This document shows positions 34,509-44,967 of a stretch of 64,000 nucleotides of DNA, piece by piece. The stretch is taken from the NCBI GenBank assembly GCA_028702695.1, contig JAQVOH010000002.1:45560-109559 (forward strand), read 5' to 3'. A model generated the notes under the pieces. That model was not told where the DNA came from, searched no databases, and worked only from the letters and a program-made list of their open reading frames with translations. Numbering within the stretch: position 1 is the stretch's first letter; each line of letters begins with the position of its first letter. The translations under genes were made by a program, and so were the position numbers. The stretch is from Desulfotomaculaceae bacterium (GTDB lineage: Bacteria; Bacillota; Desulfotomaculia; Desulfotomaculales; Pelotomaculaceae).

Positions 34509-36047
34509 CTACTTGGCGTATTCTACCACCCTAGTTTCCCTGATGATGACAACTTTAATCTGCCCTGGGTAATCCAACTCACCCTCAATTTTTTTGGTAA
34601 TATCTCTAACTAAACGGACTGCTCCCAGGTCATCCACCTTATCCGGCTTGACCATAATGCGTACTTCACGGCCCGCCTGAATTGCAAAGGATTTGTCAAC
34701 ACCCTCAAAGGAGTTGGCAATCTCCTCAAGTTTAGTTAAACGCTTGATGTATGATTCCAAAGTTTCACGGCGTGCGCCTGGCCGGGCCGCAGAAATTGCG
34801 TCGGCCGCCTGAACCAGCACCGCGACAATGGTCTGAGGCTCTTCATCGCCGTGGTGGGCAGCAATGGCGTGGATAACATCATGCCCTTCCCGATATTTTT
34901 TAGCCAAATCCACACCGATGGTTACATGTGGTCCCTCCACTTCATGGTCCACAGCTTTACCAATATCGTGCAACAGACCTGCTCTTTTGGCTAGTTGTAC
35001 ATCAACACCTAATTCGGCTGCCATCAGACCGGATAGGTGGGCTACCTCAATGGAGTGTTTTAAAACATTTTGACCATAGCTGGTACGGAATTTCAGCCTA
35101 CCTAGAATGGTAATAAGCTCAGGGTGAATGCCGTGTACACTTGTCTCAAAAGTGGACTGTTCACCGGCCTCCTTGATTTGGTTGTTAACTTCCTTTTGAG
35201 CCTTTTCAACCATCTCTTCAATGCGGGCTGGGTGAATCCTACCATCCACAATCAGTTTTTCCAATGCAATCCGGGCTACTTCCCGGCGAATCGGATCAAA
35301 ACCGGATAGAATTACAGCCTCCGGGGTATCATCAATAATCAGGTCAATCCCAGTTAAGGTTTCAAAAGCGCGGATATTTCTTCCCTCGCGTCCGATAATG
35401 CGCCCTTTCATTTCGTCGCCTGGCAGTGGAATAACTGCCACAGTTGCTTCAGCAACGTGATCTGCGGCACACCTCTGAATAGCCAGGGATATAATCTCCC
35501 GGGCACGCTTTTCCCCTTCCTCTTTGGCCTTGCTTTCAATTCCTTTAATCATTATGGCCGCATCATGCTGGATTTCTTTTTCAATATCGGAAAGAAGAAT
35601 CTGTTTTGCTTCCTCGGAGGTCAAGCCGGAGATACGTTCCAGTTCACTCACCTGGCGGTTATAGAGCGCTGTAAGCTGCCCTTTGATTGCTTCTATTTCC
35701 GACTCTTTCCGGGTTAGATTTTCTTCCTTTTTTTCTAGTGCATCGACCTTACGGTCCAGGGTTTCTTCTTTTTGAACCAAGCGTCTCTCTGATCGCTGAA
35801 GTTCATTCCTGCGCTCTCTGTGTTCCCGTTCAATATCATTACGCAATTTTAAGACGTCTTCCTTGGCCTCCAAAATAGCTTCCCTTTTTTTGGCCTCGGC
35901 TTCTTTCTGGGCTTCTTCCAGTATCTTTTTAGCTTCAGACTCCGCTGAAGCAATTTTAGCTTCAGCCAGGTATTTCCTGAGTAAATAACCCACAACAAAA
36001 GCCGCAAGAGCGGCTCCGATAATAATTAGAACCGTACTTAAGTCCAT
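34509..36047 (-). CDS. rny: ribonuclease Y
   Basis: N-terminal TM helix, coiled coil, KH domain and HD domain (LLHDIGKA...HHG). Start set at ATG 36047 ([11 protein letters not shown]) after AAGGAGGTG, not the longer ORF. Confidence 0.95.
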   Translation of the reverse strand: MDLSTVLIIIGAALAAFVVGYLLRKYLAEAKIASAESEAKKILEEAQKEAEAKKREAILEAKEDVLKLRNDIEREHRERRNELQRSERRLVQKEETLDRKVDALEKKEENLTRKESEIEAIKGQLTALYNRQVSELERISGLTSEEAKQILLSDIEKEIQHDAAIMIKGIESKAKEEGEKRAREIISLAIQRCAADHVAEATVAVIPLPGDEMKGRIIGREGRNIRAFETLTGIDLIIDDTPEAVILSGFDPIRREVARIALEKLIVDGRIHPARIEEMVEKAQKEVNNQIKEAGEQSTFETSVHGIHPELITILGRLKFRTSYGQNVLKHSIEVAHLSGLMAAELGVDVQLAKRAGLLHDIGKAVDHEVEGPHVTIGVDLAKKYREGHDVIHAIAAHHGDEEPQTIVAVLVQAADAISAARPGARRETLESYIKRLTKLEEIANSFEGVDKSFAIQAGREVRIMVKPDKVDDLGAVRLVRDITKKIEGELDYPGQIKVVIIRETRVVEYAK

Positions 36048-36329
36048 TAAATTCACCTCCTTTTTTAATATAAATAAACTCAACCATAAAAAAACCGAGC
36101 TAGAAACTCGGCAGAAAACACAAGACACTACTTTTATACTTGTCCAGATAACGGTAAGTAAATAGCTCCAATAACGGGCACTATTTTAACAGCCGGTAAG
36201 AAACTCCCGGATACATGTCCTACCCCCGAAACTATTGGATTTTATCTATAATAAAACCCGTACAAGTAGTATCTAATTCTATTTTCTACCAGCATATATT
36301 GTACCGATTTTTTAAAATAATGTCAAGGC

Positions 36330-36785
36330 TTAGCCCGCGTTATCAGTGATGGTTCGACCAACCCTGTTGATTGACTCATAAGAATATCCCCTGTTTTGCA
36401 GAAACCTGGCCAATTGTGGGAAAGGGCAGTCGCCGCCACTCTGAGTTAACTTTTTTAAAGCCAATACGAACGCTGCTTTGAATTCTGCTTCCGGGCCTGC
36501 TTCCGCAATTGTTTCTTCAATGATGCTGGTAGCAACACCTTTTTGCATTAGTTCACGCTTGAGGCCAGGAAAACCTCTTTTATAAAGTCTTTGTTCTATC
36601 CATAGACGGGCATAAGCCTTGTCGTCAATGTAGCCGTATCGTGACATTGTATCAATCACGCTACGTGTGACTTCAACAGAAAAGCCATGTTCTTCAAGTT
36701 TATCGGTCAGTTCGCGAGTGGTCCGCCGACGATAGGCCAGAACCCGGAAGGCAATGGACATTGCTTTATCGACTTCGGAATGCAC
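36330..36785 (-). CDS. recX: recombination regulator RecX
   Basis: AYRRRTTRELTDKLEEHGFS...YIDDKAYARLWIE. Lies directly after the recA stop. The start may be ATG 36761. Confidence 0.85.
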   Translation of the reverse strand: MHSEVDKAMSIAFRVLAYRRRTTRELTDKLEEHGFSVEVTRSVIDTMSRYGYIDDKAYARLWIEQRLYKRGFPGLKRELMQKGVATSIIEETIAEAGPEAEFKAAFVLALKKLTQSGGDCPFPQLARFLQNRGYSYESINRVGRTITDNAG

Positions 36786-37826
36786 TTACTCTTTACCGCT
36801 TTGTTCTGGACTGGCGGCGGACATTGCGTCTTTGGCTCCTCCAACGTTCAAAGCCTGCCTGACTTTAAGCTCAACCTCGTTGGTTACTTCGGGGTGCTCC
36901 TTAAGGTACTCCTTGACATTTTCCCTACCCTGGCCCAACCGGTCATCTCCATAGGAATACCAGGCACCGCTTTTGTTAATAATGTTCATGTCGGCGGCGA
37001 TATCCAGGATGCTCCCCTCCCTGGAGATACCAGTTCCGTACATAATATCGAATTCAGCATGCTTGAATGGTGGCGCCACCTTATTCTTGACAACTTTGAC
37101 CTTAGTCCGGCTCCCAACAATATCCGTACCTTGCTTAATATTTTCCTGTTTGCGCACATCTAGCCTAACCGAGGCATAAAATTTCAGAGCCCTTCCACCA
37201 GTGGTTGTTTCCGGTGACCCGTATATAACACCCACTTTTTCACGAATCTGGTTAATGAAAACCACTGTGGTCCTCGACTTGCTGATAGCGCCGGTGAGCT
37301 TACGCAGAGCCTGGGACATCAAGCGGGCCTGCAGACCTACATGTGAGTCCCCCATTTCGCCCTCAATCTCGGCGCGAGGTACCAGCGCCGCCACACTGTC
37401 GATCACAATTACGTCAACGGCACCACTACGCACCAGGGCTTCAGCAATTTCCAGTGCCTGTTCACCGGTATCCGGCTGGGAGACCAATAGGTTTTCAATA
37501 TCTACGCCCAAGTTCTTGGCATAAAGAGGGTCTAGGGCATGCTCCGCATCCACAAAAGCGGCGGCTCCACCTGTTTTCTGTGCTTCGGCAATAATGTGGA
37601 GGGCCACCGTTGTTTTGCCGGAAGACTCCGGTCCGAATATCTCAACTACCCTACCGCGTGGCACACCGCCTACACCCAAGGCAATATCCAGCGCTAAAGC
37701 GCCGGTCGGTATTACTTCAATGTTTAATTTAGCTGATGCCTCGCCAAGCTTCATAATTGAGCCTTTACCGAACTGCCGCTCAATTTGCATCAGGGCCAGT
37801 TCCAGGGCTTTCTGTTTATCCGACAA
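36786..37826 (-). CDS. recA: recombinase RecA
   Basis: [22 protein letters not shown]...[12 protein letters not shown]...FVDAEHALD. 346 aa, no intein. Confidence 0.98.
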   Translation of the reverse strand: MSDKQKALELALMQIERQFGKGSIMKLGEASAKLNIEVIPTGALALDIALGVGGVPRGRVVEIFGPESSGKTTVALHIIAEAQKTGGAAAFVDAEHALDPLYAKNLGVDIENLLVSQPDTGEQALEIAEALVRSGAVDVIVIDSVAALVPRAEIEGEMGDSHVGLQARLMSQALRKLTGAISKSRTTVVFINQIREKVGVIYGSPETTTGGRALKFYASVRLDVRKQENIKQGTDIVGSRTKVKVVKNKVAPPFKHAEFDIMYGTGISREGSILDIAADMNIINKSGAWYSYGDDRLGQGRENVKEYLKEHPEVTNEVELKVRQALNVGGAKDAMSAASPEQSGKE

Positions 37827-37851
37827 TAATATTCCCCCTCTAAATTTAACT

Positions 37852-37864
37852 AAACATACGTTCG
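37852..37864 (-). promoter_or_regulatory. LexA (Cheo/SOS) box upstream of recA
   Basis: Minus strand CGAACGTATGTTT (next base A) matches the Firmicute consensus CGAACRNRYGTTYC at 13 of 14 positions. It lies between the promoter and the recA RBS. Confidence 0.65.
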
Positions 37865-37877
37865 CTTGCTTCGTTTA

Positions 37878-37907
37878 ATTATACTGGTTAATATTGGCTG
37901 GTGTCAA
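37878..37907 (-). promoter_or_regulatory. sigma-A type promoter of recA
   Basis: Minus strand: TTGACA, 18-nt spacer, TATAAT. Confidence 0.55.
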
Positions 37908-37963
37908 CTACAATATTTAAGTTCCCAATAATAAAAGGGGCTCTCCAAGGCCACATTACCCGC

Positions 37964-39556
37964 TTAACTTCTACCGCGGGCTGGCTCGATGCTTATCCTC
38001 CTGCCTCTGATGGTTTGGTGATGAAGACAGCTGATGACGTAGTTAGCCCATTCTTCCGATACTTCAACAAAAGAAAATTTCTCATAAATATTGATATTAC
38101 CGACACTGTTCTCGGGCATACCTGACTCTTCGGCCAGGAGCCGGACGAGGTCGGTCCGTGAAATATTATCTATTCTGCCGATAGTTATAAATAATCTAAC
38201 CATACCTGGTCGCGCCCCGGTGTTGCCAAAAGACTCTATCTCCATACCCTCGCCCTCATCCAGTTCAAGGGACATTTTAAGGGCTGCGGCAGCAATGTCT
38301 ATGGGATCATATTCATCGACCAGGGCATCCACAATATTCCTGTAGTAAGCCAGTTTACCTTCACTCAAGAGATGGTTAAGCCTATCTATGATACCTTCTT
38401 TTTTTCGCTCGTGAATGTCCGCCTGAGAAGGTAGCTTTTCCCTGTGAATGCGTGTTTTGGTCAGATTTTCGATAAGCCTGAGCTGCTTGTAATCCCTGGG
38501 AGTGACCAGGGTAATGGCTATCCCGCTTTTACCAGCACGACCGGTCCGGCCAATACGGTGTACATAGAATTCGGGGTCCTGTGGGACGTCATAGTTGATT
38601 ACGTGGGAAACGTTTTCAATATCCAACCCCCGGGCCGCCACATCTGTTGCGACTAGGTAATCGATCTGTCCGGTACGGAATTGTCTCATTGAGTAGTTGC
38701 GCTGGTATTGGCTGAGATCGCCATGTAAAGCAGCAGCCTGGTAACCACGCGCCTGAAGCCCGGCTACAAGTTCATCCACACCCCTTTTTGTCCTGCAAAA
38801 GATAATTGATAAAGTAATGTTGCTGGCGTCTAAAATATGGCAGAGACTTTCCAGCTTTTTGGGCTCGCGGGTTTCGTAAACTATTTGCTCAATCTGCGGC
38901 ACGGTCAGGTTTTGCTTGCTGACCGTGATAAATTCCGGGTTTTGCAGATATTTTTTTGACAGACGCTTTATTTCATCGGGCATGGTCGCGGAGAAAAGCA
39001 TCGTCTGGCGCTGTGCAGGCGTCGCTTGCAGGATGGATTCAATGTCCTCGACAAACCCCATATCCAACATTTCATCCGCTTCATCCAAGACAACCATTTT
39101 AACATTATCAAGACGTAGTGTTTTTCTGTTTAAATGGTCCAGAAGACGGCCCGGGGTGCCGATTACAACCTGTACCCCCTGTTTTAAACCCCTAATTTGG
39201 CGGTCTATCGACTGCCCTCCGTAAATAGGCAGAGTTCTCACCCGCCGGTACTTACCAATCTTTGATATTTCCTCGGCTACCTGAATGGCTAATTCCCTGG
39301 TTGGTGTAATAATAAGGGCCTGCACACCACTATAACGGTTATTTACCATCTCAATTATGGGTATGCCAAAAGCAGCCGTTTTACCGGTGCCGGTTTGCGC
39401 CTGGCCAACAACGTCCCTACCTTCATAAAGCAATGGGATCGCCATCTGCTGGATCGGGGTGGGTTCTTCAAAGCCCATATCAGTTAGGGCCTGGGCTACA
39501 CGCCTATTGATTTCGATATTCCCAAAACTTACTACATCCTTTAAATCAATGGTCAT
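37964..39556 (-). CDS. DEAD-box ATP-dependent RNA helicase with DbpA-type C-terminal RNA-binding domain
   Basis: F..TPIQ Q-motif, AQTGTGKT, DEAD, SAT, HRIGRTGRAG; C-terminal RLFITIGRIDNISRTDLV. Confidence 0.9.
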   Translation of the reverse strand: MTIDLKDVVSFGNIEINRRVAQALTDMGFEEPTPIQQMAIPLLYEGRDVVGQAQTGTGKTAAFGIPIIEMVNNRYSGVQALIITPTRELAIQVAEEISKIGKYRRVRTLPIYGGQSIDRQIRGLKQGVQVVIGTPGRLLDHLNRKTLRLDNVKMVVLDEADEMLDMGFVEDIESILQATPAQRQTMLFSATMPDEIKRLSKKYLQNPEFITVSKQNLTVPQIEQIVYETREPKKLESLCHILDASNITLSIIFCRTKRGVDELVAGLQARGYQAAALHGDLSQYQRNYSMRQFRTGQIDYLVATDVAARGLDIENVSHVINYDVPQDPEFYVHRIGRTGRAGKSGIAITLVTPRDYKQLRLIENLTKTRIHREKLPSQADIHERKKEGIIDRLNHLLSEGKLAYYRNIVDALVDEYDPIDIAAAALKMSLELDEGEGMEIESFGNTGARPGMVRLFITIGRIDNISRTDLVRLLAEESGMPENSVGNINIYEKFSFVEVSEEWANYVISCLHHQTIRGRRISIEPARGRS

Positions 39557-39660
39557 AAAATCATACTCCTAAAATTTATAATGTTTAATTGGACTTAAAT
39601 TGTAACCATACCGGTACACACATTTTTTAAGGCAAGCTGTAGTCAGTGTTCCCGGATAGT

Positions 39661-40389
39661 CTACGACAGAAAGCGCCTGACTAAGTTCAGTGCCGCATTA
39701 ACGGTTCCTTGCCTTACTCCATTGCGGTTGCCGGGGAAAACATACCGGCTGCATAGGACGCCGCTTGAGGTGGACAGGCCAATATAAACCAAACCGAGTG
39801 GCTTGTCCGGGGTATCCCCGCCAGGTCCGGCAATACCGGTAACAGACAGGCCGATATCGGAAGATGCTCTGTCACGGATGCCCTCAGCCATAGCTGAGGC
39901 GGTCTCTCTGCTGACTGCTCCATGCTTTTCCAGAATATCTGGAGGTACGCCCAGAAGTTTTTCCTTTATTTCATTGGTGTAGGATACGACGCCACCTTTT
40001 ACATACTCAGAGCTCCCTGGTGTATTTGTCAGCCTGGCGGCAATAAGGCCACCTGTACATGATTCCGCGAGGGCGATGGTTAGCCCTCTTTGTCTGAGTA
40101 GCCTACCCACCAAATCCTCGATAACTTCACCGTCACAGACAAAAATATAGTCTTCCAAGCGGGCTTTCACTTTGGCCGAAATAGCCTCCAGCTTATCGTC
40201 AAGGTTAGCGCTGTTATCTTGTATCGTAATTCTGACTTGTATTTCGCCAGGACCGGTCAGGTAGCCGATACTGGCGTTATCCTCAACTGCCAAATCTCTA
40301 ACCAGCTCCCGGGTAGCAGCTTCGGAAATCCCGGCTAATTTGAACACTCTGAATCTTGCAACCTCATCCTTACACAATTCGTCTTTCAT
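39661..40389 (-). CDS. cinA: CinA lacking the N-terminal MoCF-type domain (middle domain plus PncC-like NMN deamidase domain)
   Basis: From ATG 40389: ...RFRVFKLAGISEAATRELV...LAESCTGGLIAARLTNTPGSSEY..GGVVSYTNE.K...LGV......GAVS. Aligns to about residues 170-416 of B. subtilis CinA. The upstream part of the 311-aa ORF overlaps the previous gene and its terminator. Confidence 0.75.
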   Translation of the reverse strand: MKDELCKDEVARFRVFKLAGISEAATRELVRDLAVEDNASIGYLTGPGEIQVRITIQDNSANLDDKLEAISAKVKARLEDYIFVCDGEVIEDLVGRLLRQRGLTIALAESCTGGLIAARLTNTPGSSEYVKGGVVSYTNEIKEKLLGVPPDILEKHGAVSRETASAMAEGIRDRASSDIGLSVTGIAGPGGDTPDKPLGLVYIGLSTSSGVLCSRYVFPGNRNGVRQGTVNAALNLVRRFLS

Positions 40390-40459
40390 TCCCTTATCAC
40401 ATCCCAATTTAATATTATAACACATTTTGGAACTAAAATCATAAGAATATGCCGTTATA

Positions 40460-40506
40460 AAAATAAAACTTACCGCGCGGTTTGAGCAACCTTTAGCGCG
40501 GTAAGG
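40460..40506 (-). terminator. Rho-independent terminator after the FtsH-like gene
   Basis: Minus strand: CTTACCGCGC...GCGCGGTAAG followed by TTTTATTTTTAT. Confidence 0.65.
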
Positions 40507-40522
40507 ATAACGACTGTGGATC

Positions 40523-41992
40523 TTACTGGAGCAACGAGCGAAACAGCTCTCCGTTGATTTTCTCTTTTTCCAACAAGACTTCCAGAATTTTTTCAAATAA
40601 ATGCTTAGAATTTGTTATATATTCGCTGACACGCTCTTCCTGCTCTTTCACAAGGCTGGTGAGTGTTTTATGTTTCATTTCCTGGGGCAGACTGTCCAGG
40701 CAAACCACACCTAGCTCTGTCATACCTGAACGTAGCATGGTTTCAGCTGTCCGTACAGCCTGATCAAAATCACCGGATGAGCCGGTACTGCGGTTGCCCA
40801 GAACAGTTTCCTCAGCCACCGCTCCGGCCATCATCACCGCGATTTGGTTCTCCAACTGGTCTTTGGTATAGAGGTAGGTGTCGTCTTCCGGGGTCTGGCG
40901 CATATACCCCAGGGCATCCCCCCGTGGAGTAATGGTTAGCGTAGAAACCGAACCATTTCGTACCATTTCACTGATTAAGGCATGTCCGATTTCATGAATG
41001 GCTACCCTTTTCATTTCTAATTCGGAGGGACGTTTGTCAAGTTTGCCGCCCATCATTACCTTGTCAATTGACTCGTTAAAGTGGTGCTGACAGATTTCCT
41101 TGGAGCCGTCCCGCATAGCCAGGATAGCTGCTTCATTCGAGAGGCTTTCAAGGTGGGCGCCGGAAAAGCCGAAAGTTTCTCTGGCGATTACATCCAATTT
41201 GACATCCCCGCCCAGAGGTTTATTCCTGGTGTGAAGGTTTAGGATTACCTGCCTGCCATCCTTATCCGGTAAATCCACCTTGACCCTGCGGTCGAAACGT
41301 CCTGGTCTTAGGAGGGCAGGGTCGAGCATATCGGCCCGGTTTGTTGCAGCCACCAGCAACACTCTCACACTGTCATCCACCCGCAAGCCATCCATTTCCA
41401 CCAGCAACTGGTTTAACGTCTGATCGTATTCCAGGTGACTGGTGGTCTGCCCCCTTTTCCCGCCCAGAATTTCGATCTCATCAATAAAGATGATAGCGTT
41501 GTCTTTTTGCTGTTTTTGGGCATTTTCCCGGGCAGTCTGGAACAGTTTTCTGACCCGCTGGGCGCCGACGCCGGCATACATTTCGATAAACTCACTTCCG
41601 GATGCCGCAACAAAAACTGCATCAGTGTAACCTGCAGCCGCCTTGGCCATCAATGTTTTTCCGGTACCCGGGGGGCCTGTGAGCAGTATTCCCTTTAAAG
41701 GGCGGATGCCCAGACGCTTCATGTATTGATGGTTTTTGATGAAATCCAGCGCTTCCATCAGTTCCTGGATCGCCGAGTCCTGTCCGCCGATGTCTGTAAA
41801 GGAGATTTGATAACGTCCAGCGCCATCTGTGCTTTTAAAACTCTTGGTGTTGACAAGTCCCCTTGTTTTGGCCAGGAAAAATAGTCCGACTCCGGCTGCG
41901 GCAAGGAACAAAATCGGTGTAATATTGTATCCCATCACTAGTAGGGAAATTACTGCAGCAAGCCCCAGTCCGATGCTAATTTCCTTGATCAT
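40523..41992 (-). CDS. short FtsH-family AAA+ zinc metalloprotease paralog (~490 aa)
   Basis: Two N-terminal TM segments, GPPGTGKT Walker A, IIFIDEID, HEIGHAL zinc motif. Start taken at MIKEISIG (41992), overlapping the upstream gene by 17 nt. Confidence 0.85.
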   Translation of the reverse strand: MIKEISIGLGLAAVISLLVMGYNITPILFLAAAGVGLFFLAKTRGLVNTKSFKSTDGAGRYQISFTDIGGQDSAIQELMEALDFIKNHQYMKRLGIRPLKGILLTGPPGTGKTLMAKAAAGYTDAVFVAASGSEFIEMYAGVGAQRVRKLFQTARENAQKQQKDNAIIFIDEIEILGGKRGQTTSHLEYDQTLNQLLVEMDGLRVDDSVRVLLVAATNRADMLDPALLRPGRFDRRVKVDLPDKDGRQVILNLHTRNKPLGGDVKLDVIARETFGFSGAHLESLSNEAAILAMRDGSKEICQHHFNESIDKVMMGGKLDKRPSELEMKRVAIHEIGHALISEMVRNGSVSTLTITPRGDALGYMRQTPEDDTYLYTKDQLENQIAVMMAGAVAEETVLGNRSTGSSGDFDQAVRTAETMLRSGMTELGVVCLDSLPQEMKHKTLTSLVKEQEERVSEYITNSKHLFEKILEVLLEKEKINGELFRSLLQ

Positions 41993-42557
41993 TATTCCCA
42001 CCTCCGGTGGCAGGCGCCTGGCCAATACCATTATTCTGATTCACATTAAGAGTAATTACTTGATCAAGGGTATGTCCCTCGTGTTTCAATCTCAAATAAA
42101 TATTTTCCTGGTCAACGTTAATGATCGCAACTACTCCGGAGGTGCTGGCCTCCCTGTTAACTACAGTAGCCATGTCCTGGAAATTTCCCTGGAAGGATGC
42201 TTCGTAAACGGCATACTGGGCTTTGTACCAAACCTGTCCTAAAACATCATCGATATCGCGACTGTCACCCAAGATCAGTTGGAAGTTCTTTTTGCCCATG
42301 GCATTGGTGAGTTCTTTAATGAGCTCCTTGTAAGACATCATCATGTCCGCGTCATATTTCAGAGATACATCTACCTGAAGTACACGTCCTTTATCGCTTA
42401 CACTAAACGATTCAATTGACGGGTTGCTCTTCAAAGCATCATTGAGCGGTTCATTAAAACTGTATTTCTGGTACAACCACTGGCCTGCAAAAAATAAAGC
42501 CATACCGGCCAGTAAAGAAACAATAATAATAGGGATTTTTAAGCCCTGCCAATTCAT
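41976..42557 (-). CDS. hypothetical membrane-anchored 193-aa protein
   Basis: N-terminal TM helix IPIIIVSLLAGMALFFAG; the rest is soluble. Overlaps the FtsH-like gene start. No family recognised. Confidence 0.55.
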   Translation of the reverse strand: MNWQGLKIPIIIVSLLAGMALFFAGQWLYQKYSFNEPLNDALKSNPSIESFSVSDKGRVLQVDVSLKYDADMMMSYKELIKELTNAMGKKNFQLILGDSRDIDDVLGQVWYKAQYAVYEASFQGNFQDMATVVNREASTSGVVAIINVDQENIYLRLKHEGHTLDQVITLNVNQNNGIGQAPATGGGNNDQGN

Positions 42558-42671
42558 AGCGAACTTCCTTTCTAAAAAAGGCGTTATCGTCTAATCATTA
42601 TAGCATAACGGGCTATATTATTTCCCTAGTAAATGACTGGATAAAAAAAGCCGGTCTTTTTGCCTGTGAGG

Positions 42672-44003
42672 TTATTCATAAACAAGTTTCCCGTTTAGAT
42701 CGTACGGTTGCGCTGCAGTAATTAGAACATTTGCGAAATCACCTGGTTCTAAATGAAGCTCAGATGTAAAATGCACCTTACCGTCAATACCGGGAGCATC
42801 CCCTTCGCTTCTGCCGGTATAAGTCCCCCCTGCACTCTTCTTTTCTACCAGTACTAACAACTCGGTACCAATTTTCCCGCAGTTTTTTTCATAGGATATC
42901 TTTTGTTGGAGAGACATCGCTTTGTCCCGTCTTGCCAGTTTAGTTTCTTCGGGTACCTGGCCGGACATTGATGCTGCCGGAGTCCCCTCTTCCCTGGAAT
43001 AGGTGAACACACCAACCCGGTCAAACTGCACTTTTCTCATAAAACAAAGGAGTTCCTCAAAATTATCTTCAGTTTCACCCGGAAACCCTACTATAAAAGA
43101 GCTACGCAGGATAATACCAGGGACTTCGGCTCGCAGCTTTTCAATTAGCTGCAGTATTTCTGCATTGCTCCCCTGTCGTTTCATCCGCTTCAAAACTGAG
43201 TCTGAGGCGTGCTGCAGAGGTATGTCCAGGTACCTGCAGATATTTTTTCCACTAGCTATAAGCCGGATAAGTTGCTCGCTAATGAGAGATGGGTAAGTGT
43301 AGAGCAGTCTTATCCAGACCAGTCCCTCCAACCCGGCCAGACGTTCAAGCAGGCTGTCTAGAGAGGGATGGCCATATAGGTCCAGGCCGTAACGGGTGGT
43401 ATCCTGGGCAACCAAGACCAGCTCTTTGACCCCCTGCTTGAGCATCCCGGTCGCTTCGTTTACAATATCCTCCATATCCCGGCTCCTGAAGGGTCCTCTT
43501 ACCAGAGGAATTGTACAGTAGGAACACCTGTTGTCGCAGCCCTCCGCAATTTTTGAATAGGCTGTGTAGGATGGCGTTGCCTGGATTCTGGGCTGCGCCG
43601 CAGTGTGCAGGTAACCCGGCTTGCCAACCAGGGAAGCTTTTTCTCCAGCTAGAGCCCGTCGTACCAGTTCAGGAACTTCATGTACTGCGCCTGTTCCGAT
43701 AAAGCCGTCAATTTCCGGCATTTCCTTCATTAGTTCGCGATGGTAGCGCTGGGCCAGGCACCCCGCCACCAGGAGTGCGCGGCAATTTCCTTCCTTTTTT
43801 AGCTGTGCCAGTTCAAGAATTGTTTTGATAGACTCTTCTTTGGCATCATTAATAAACGAACACGTATTAATAATGATGGCGTCTGCTTCCTGTTCGCGGC
43901 TGGTAATAATAAAGCCGGACTCCTTCAGGAGTCCTAGCATAATTTCAGAATCAACCAGGTTTTTAGGGCAACCCAAACTGACCAGCCCGACTTTAATTGT
44001 CAT
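42672..44003 (-). CDS. rimO: ribosomal protein S12 methylthiotransferase RimO
   Basis: MTIKVGLVSLGCPKNLVDSE...AEGCDNRCSYCTIP, with a TRAM domain at the C-terminus. Confidence 0.9.
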   Translation of the reverse strand: MTIKVGLVSLGCPKNLVDSEIMLGLLKESGFIITSREQEADAIIINTCSFINDAKEESIKTILELAQLKKEGNCRALLVAGCLAQRYHRELMKEMPEIDGFIGTGAVHEVPELVRRALAGEKASLVGKPGYLHTAAQPRIQATPSYTAYSKIAEGCDNRCSYCTIPLVRGPFRSRDMEDIVNEATGMLKQGVKELVLVAQDTTRYGLDLYGHPSLDSLLERLAGLEGLVWIRLLYTYPSLISEQLIRLIASGKNICRYLDIPLQHASDSVLKRMKRQGSNAEILQLIEKLRAEVPGIILRSSFIVGFPGETEDNFEELLCFMRKVQFDRVGVFTYSREEGTPAASMSGQVPEETKLARRDKAMSLQQKISYEKNCGKIGTELLVLVEKKSAGGTYTGRSEGDAPGIDGKVHFTSELHLEPGDFANVLITAAQPYDLNGKLVYE

Positions 44004-44104
44004 CAGGATGTCCTTTCATTAGCAGTTTTTAATAGTATAACCTGGTTTGGTGCCACATCAAAATGTATGGCCGGTGAAAGCCGTTGGGGAAGTACTTAAA
44101 CATT

Positions 44105-44602
44105 CTAGTTTGTCCTGTAATTAATAAACTGCAAAGGGATGTCAAATTCATGGTCTTTGATAATCTTCATAATTTCCTGGAGGTCGTCACGGTTTTTGCC
44201 ACTAATTCTAACCTGATCGTTTTGAATCGTAGCCTGTACCTTAAGCTTGCTTTCCTTAACAAGCTTGGTTATTACTTTGGCGAGTTCTTTGTCCACCCCC
44301 TGGACAAGGTTAACCCTCTGACGGACGGTATCCCTGGCTGAGGGTTCAATCTTACCGTATCTCATTGCTTTTAAATTGATGCCTCTTTTTACCATCTTAG
44401 CTTCCAAAATGTCAACCACATTCTTTAGCTTAAACTCATCATCGCCGACGAGGGTTATCTGTTCGCCGTCGTAGGTTATTTCACTTTTGCTGCCTTTAAA
44501 GTCGAACCTGGTTTGAAGTTCCCTGAGGGCCTGATTGACAGCGTTGTTGACCTCCTGGAGATCAACCTGTGAAACGATATCGAAGGTATTTTCCTTTGCC
44601 AT
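44105..44602 (-). CDS. yajQ: YajQ-family nucleotide-binding protein (UPF0234)
   Basis: NTFDIVSQVDLQEVNNAVNQALRELQTRFDFKGS...LQFINYR. Confidence 0.9.
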   Translation of the reverse strand: MAKENTFDIVSQVDLQEVNNAVNQALRELQTRFDFKGSKSEITYDGEQITLVGDDEFKLKNVVDILEAKMVKRGINLKAMRYGKIEPSARDTVRQRVNLVQGVDKELAKVITKLVKESKLKVQATIQNDQVRISGKNRDDLQEIMKIIKDHEFDIPLQFINYRTN

Positions 44603-44967
44603 TGTTGAACACCTGCCTACCTGCTATTTTTTAAATGTTACAACCTAAACAAAGAAATGTCAAAGGTTACCGTAAATGAATATCTTTATTACAGCAAGTC
44701 CAATCTGCTATGATAACTGATAGATCAAGATCGGGAGGTTTGAAGAATGGAAGACCAGATGCAAGAACAAGAAACAATTGGAAGCGACCAGGAGCTTGAA
44801 AACAGCCTTGATGAGCTTTATCTTGTCCCTATTTTTTTCTATTAGACATAAGTCTGTTCTCTATATCTTTTCAAAAATCTCATTTTTCCTACCTTATTGC
44901 TGCCTTCAAAGGAAAAGCAATGAAAACGTCGAAATAGATATAAAAAGATTTACGAGGGGAAAAACCT

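Noticed and set aside
36687-37163. Long ORFs antisense to well-supported genes. Examples: 36687..37163 and 37201..37524 opposite recX/recA, 23282..23743 opposite cobD, 51106..51525 opposite ftsK, 41829..42242 opposite the FtsH-like gene, 47050..47457 opposite the DegV gene, 7418..7825 opposite glgA, 2654..3088 opposite usp, and 4199..4543 opposite asp23.
   Set aside because: Each lies entirely within a gene that has strong family motifs on the other strand. They have no SD and their composition is skewed (Ser/Pro/Arg/Leu rich). These are typical shadow ORFs.
42672-44003. A second MiaB-like radical-SAM methylthiotransferase as a duplicated miaB.
   Set aside because: The N-terminus (MTIKVGLVSLGCPKNLVDSE) and the context identify it as RimO, a distinct paralog family.
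44747-44845. A 32-aa acidic ORF (MEDQMQEQETIGSDQELENSLDELYLVPIFFY) with a GGGAGG SD upstream of yloV.
   Set aside because: The SD is the only support. It is very short and low-complexity, and it sits where an Asp23 (yloU) gene would be expected, so it may be a remnant. Not called.
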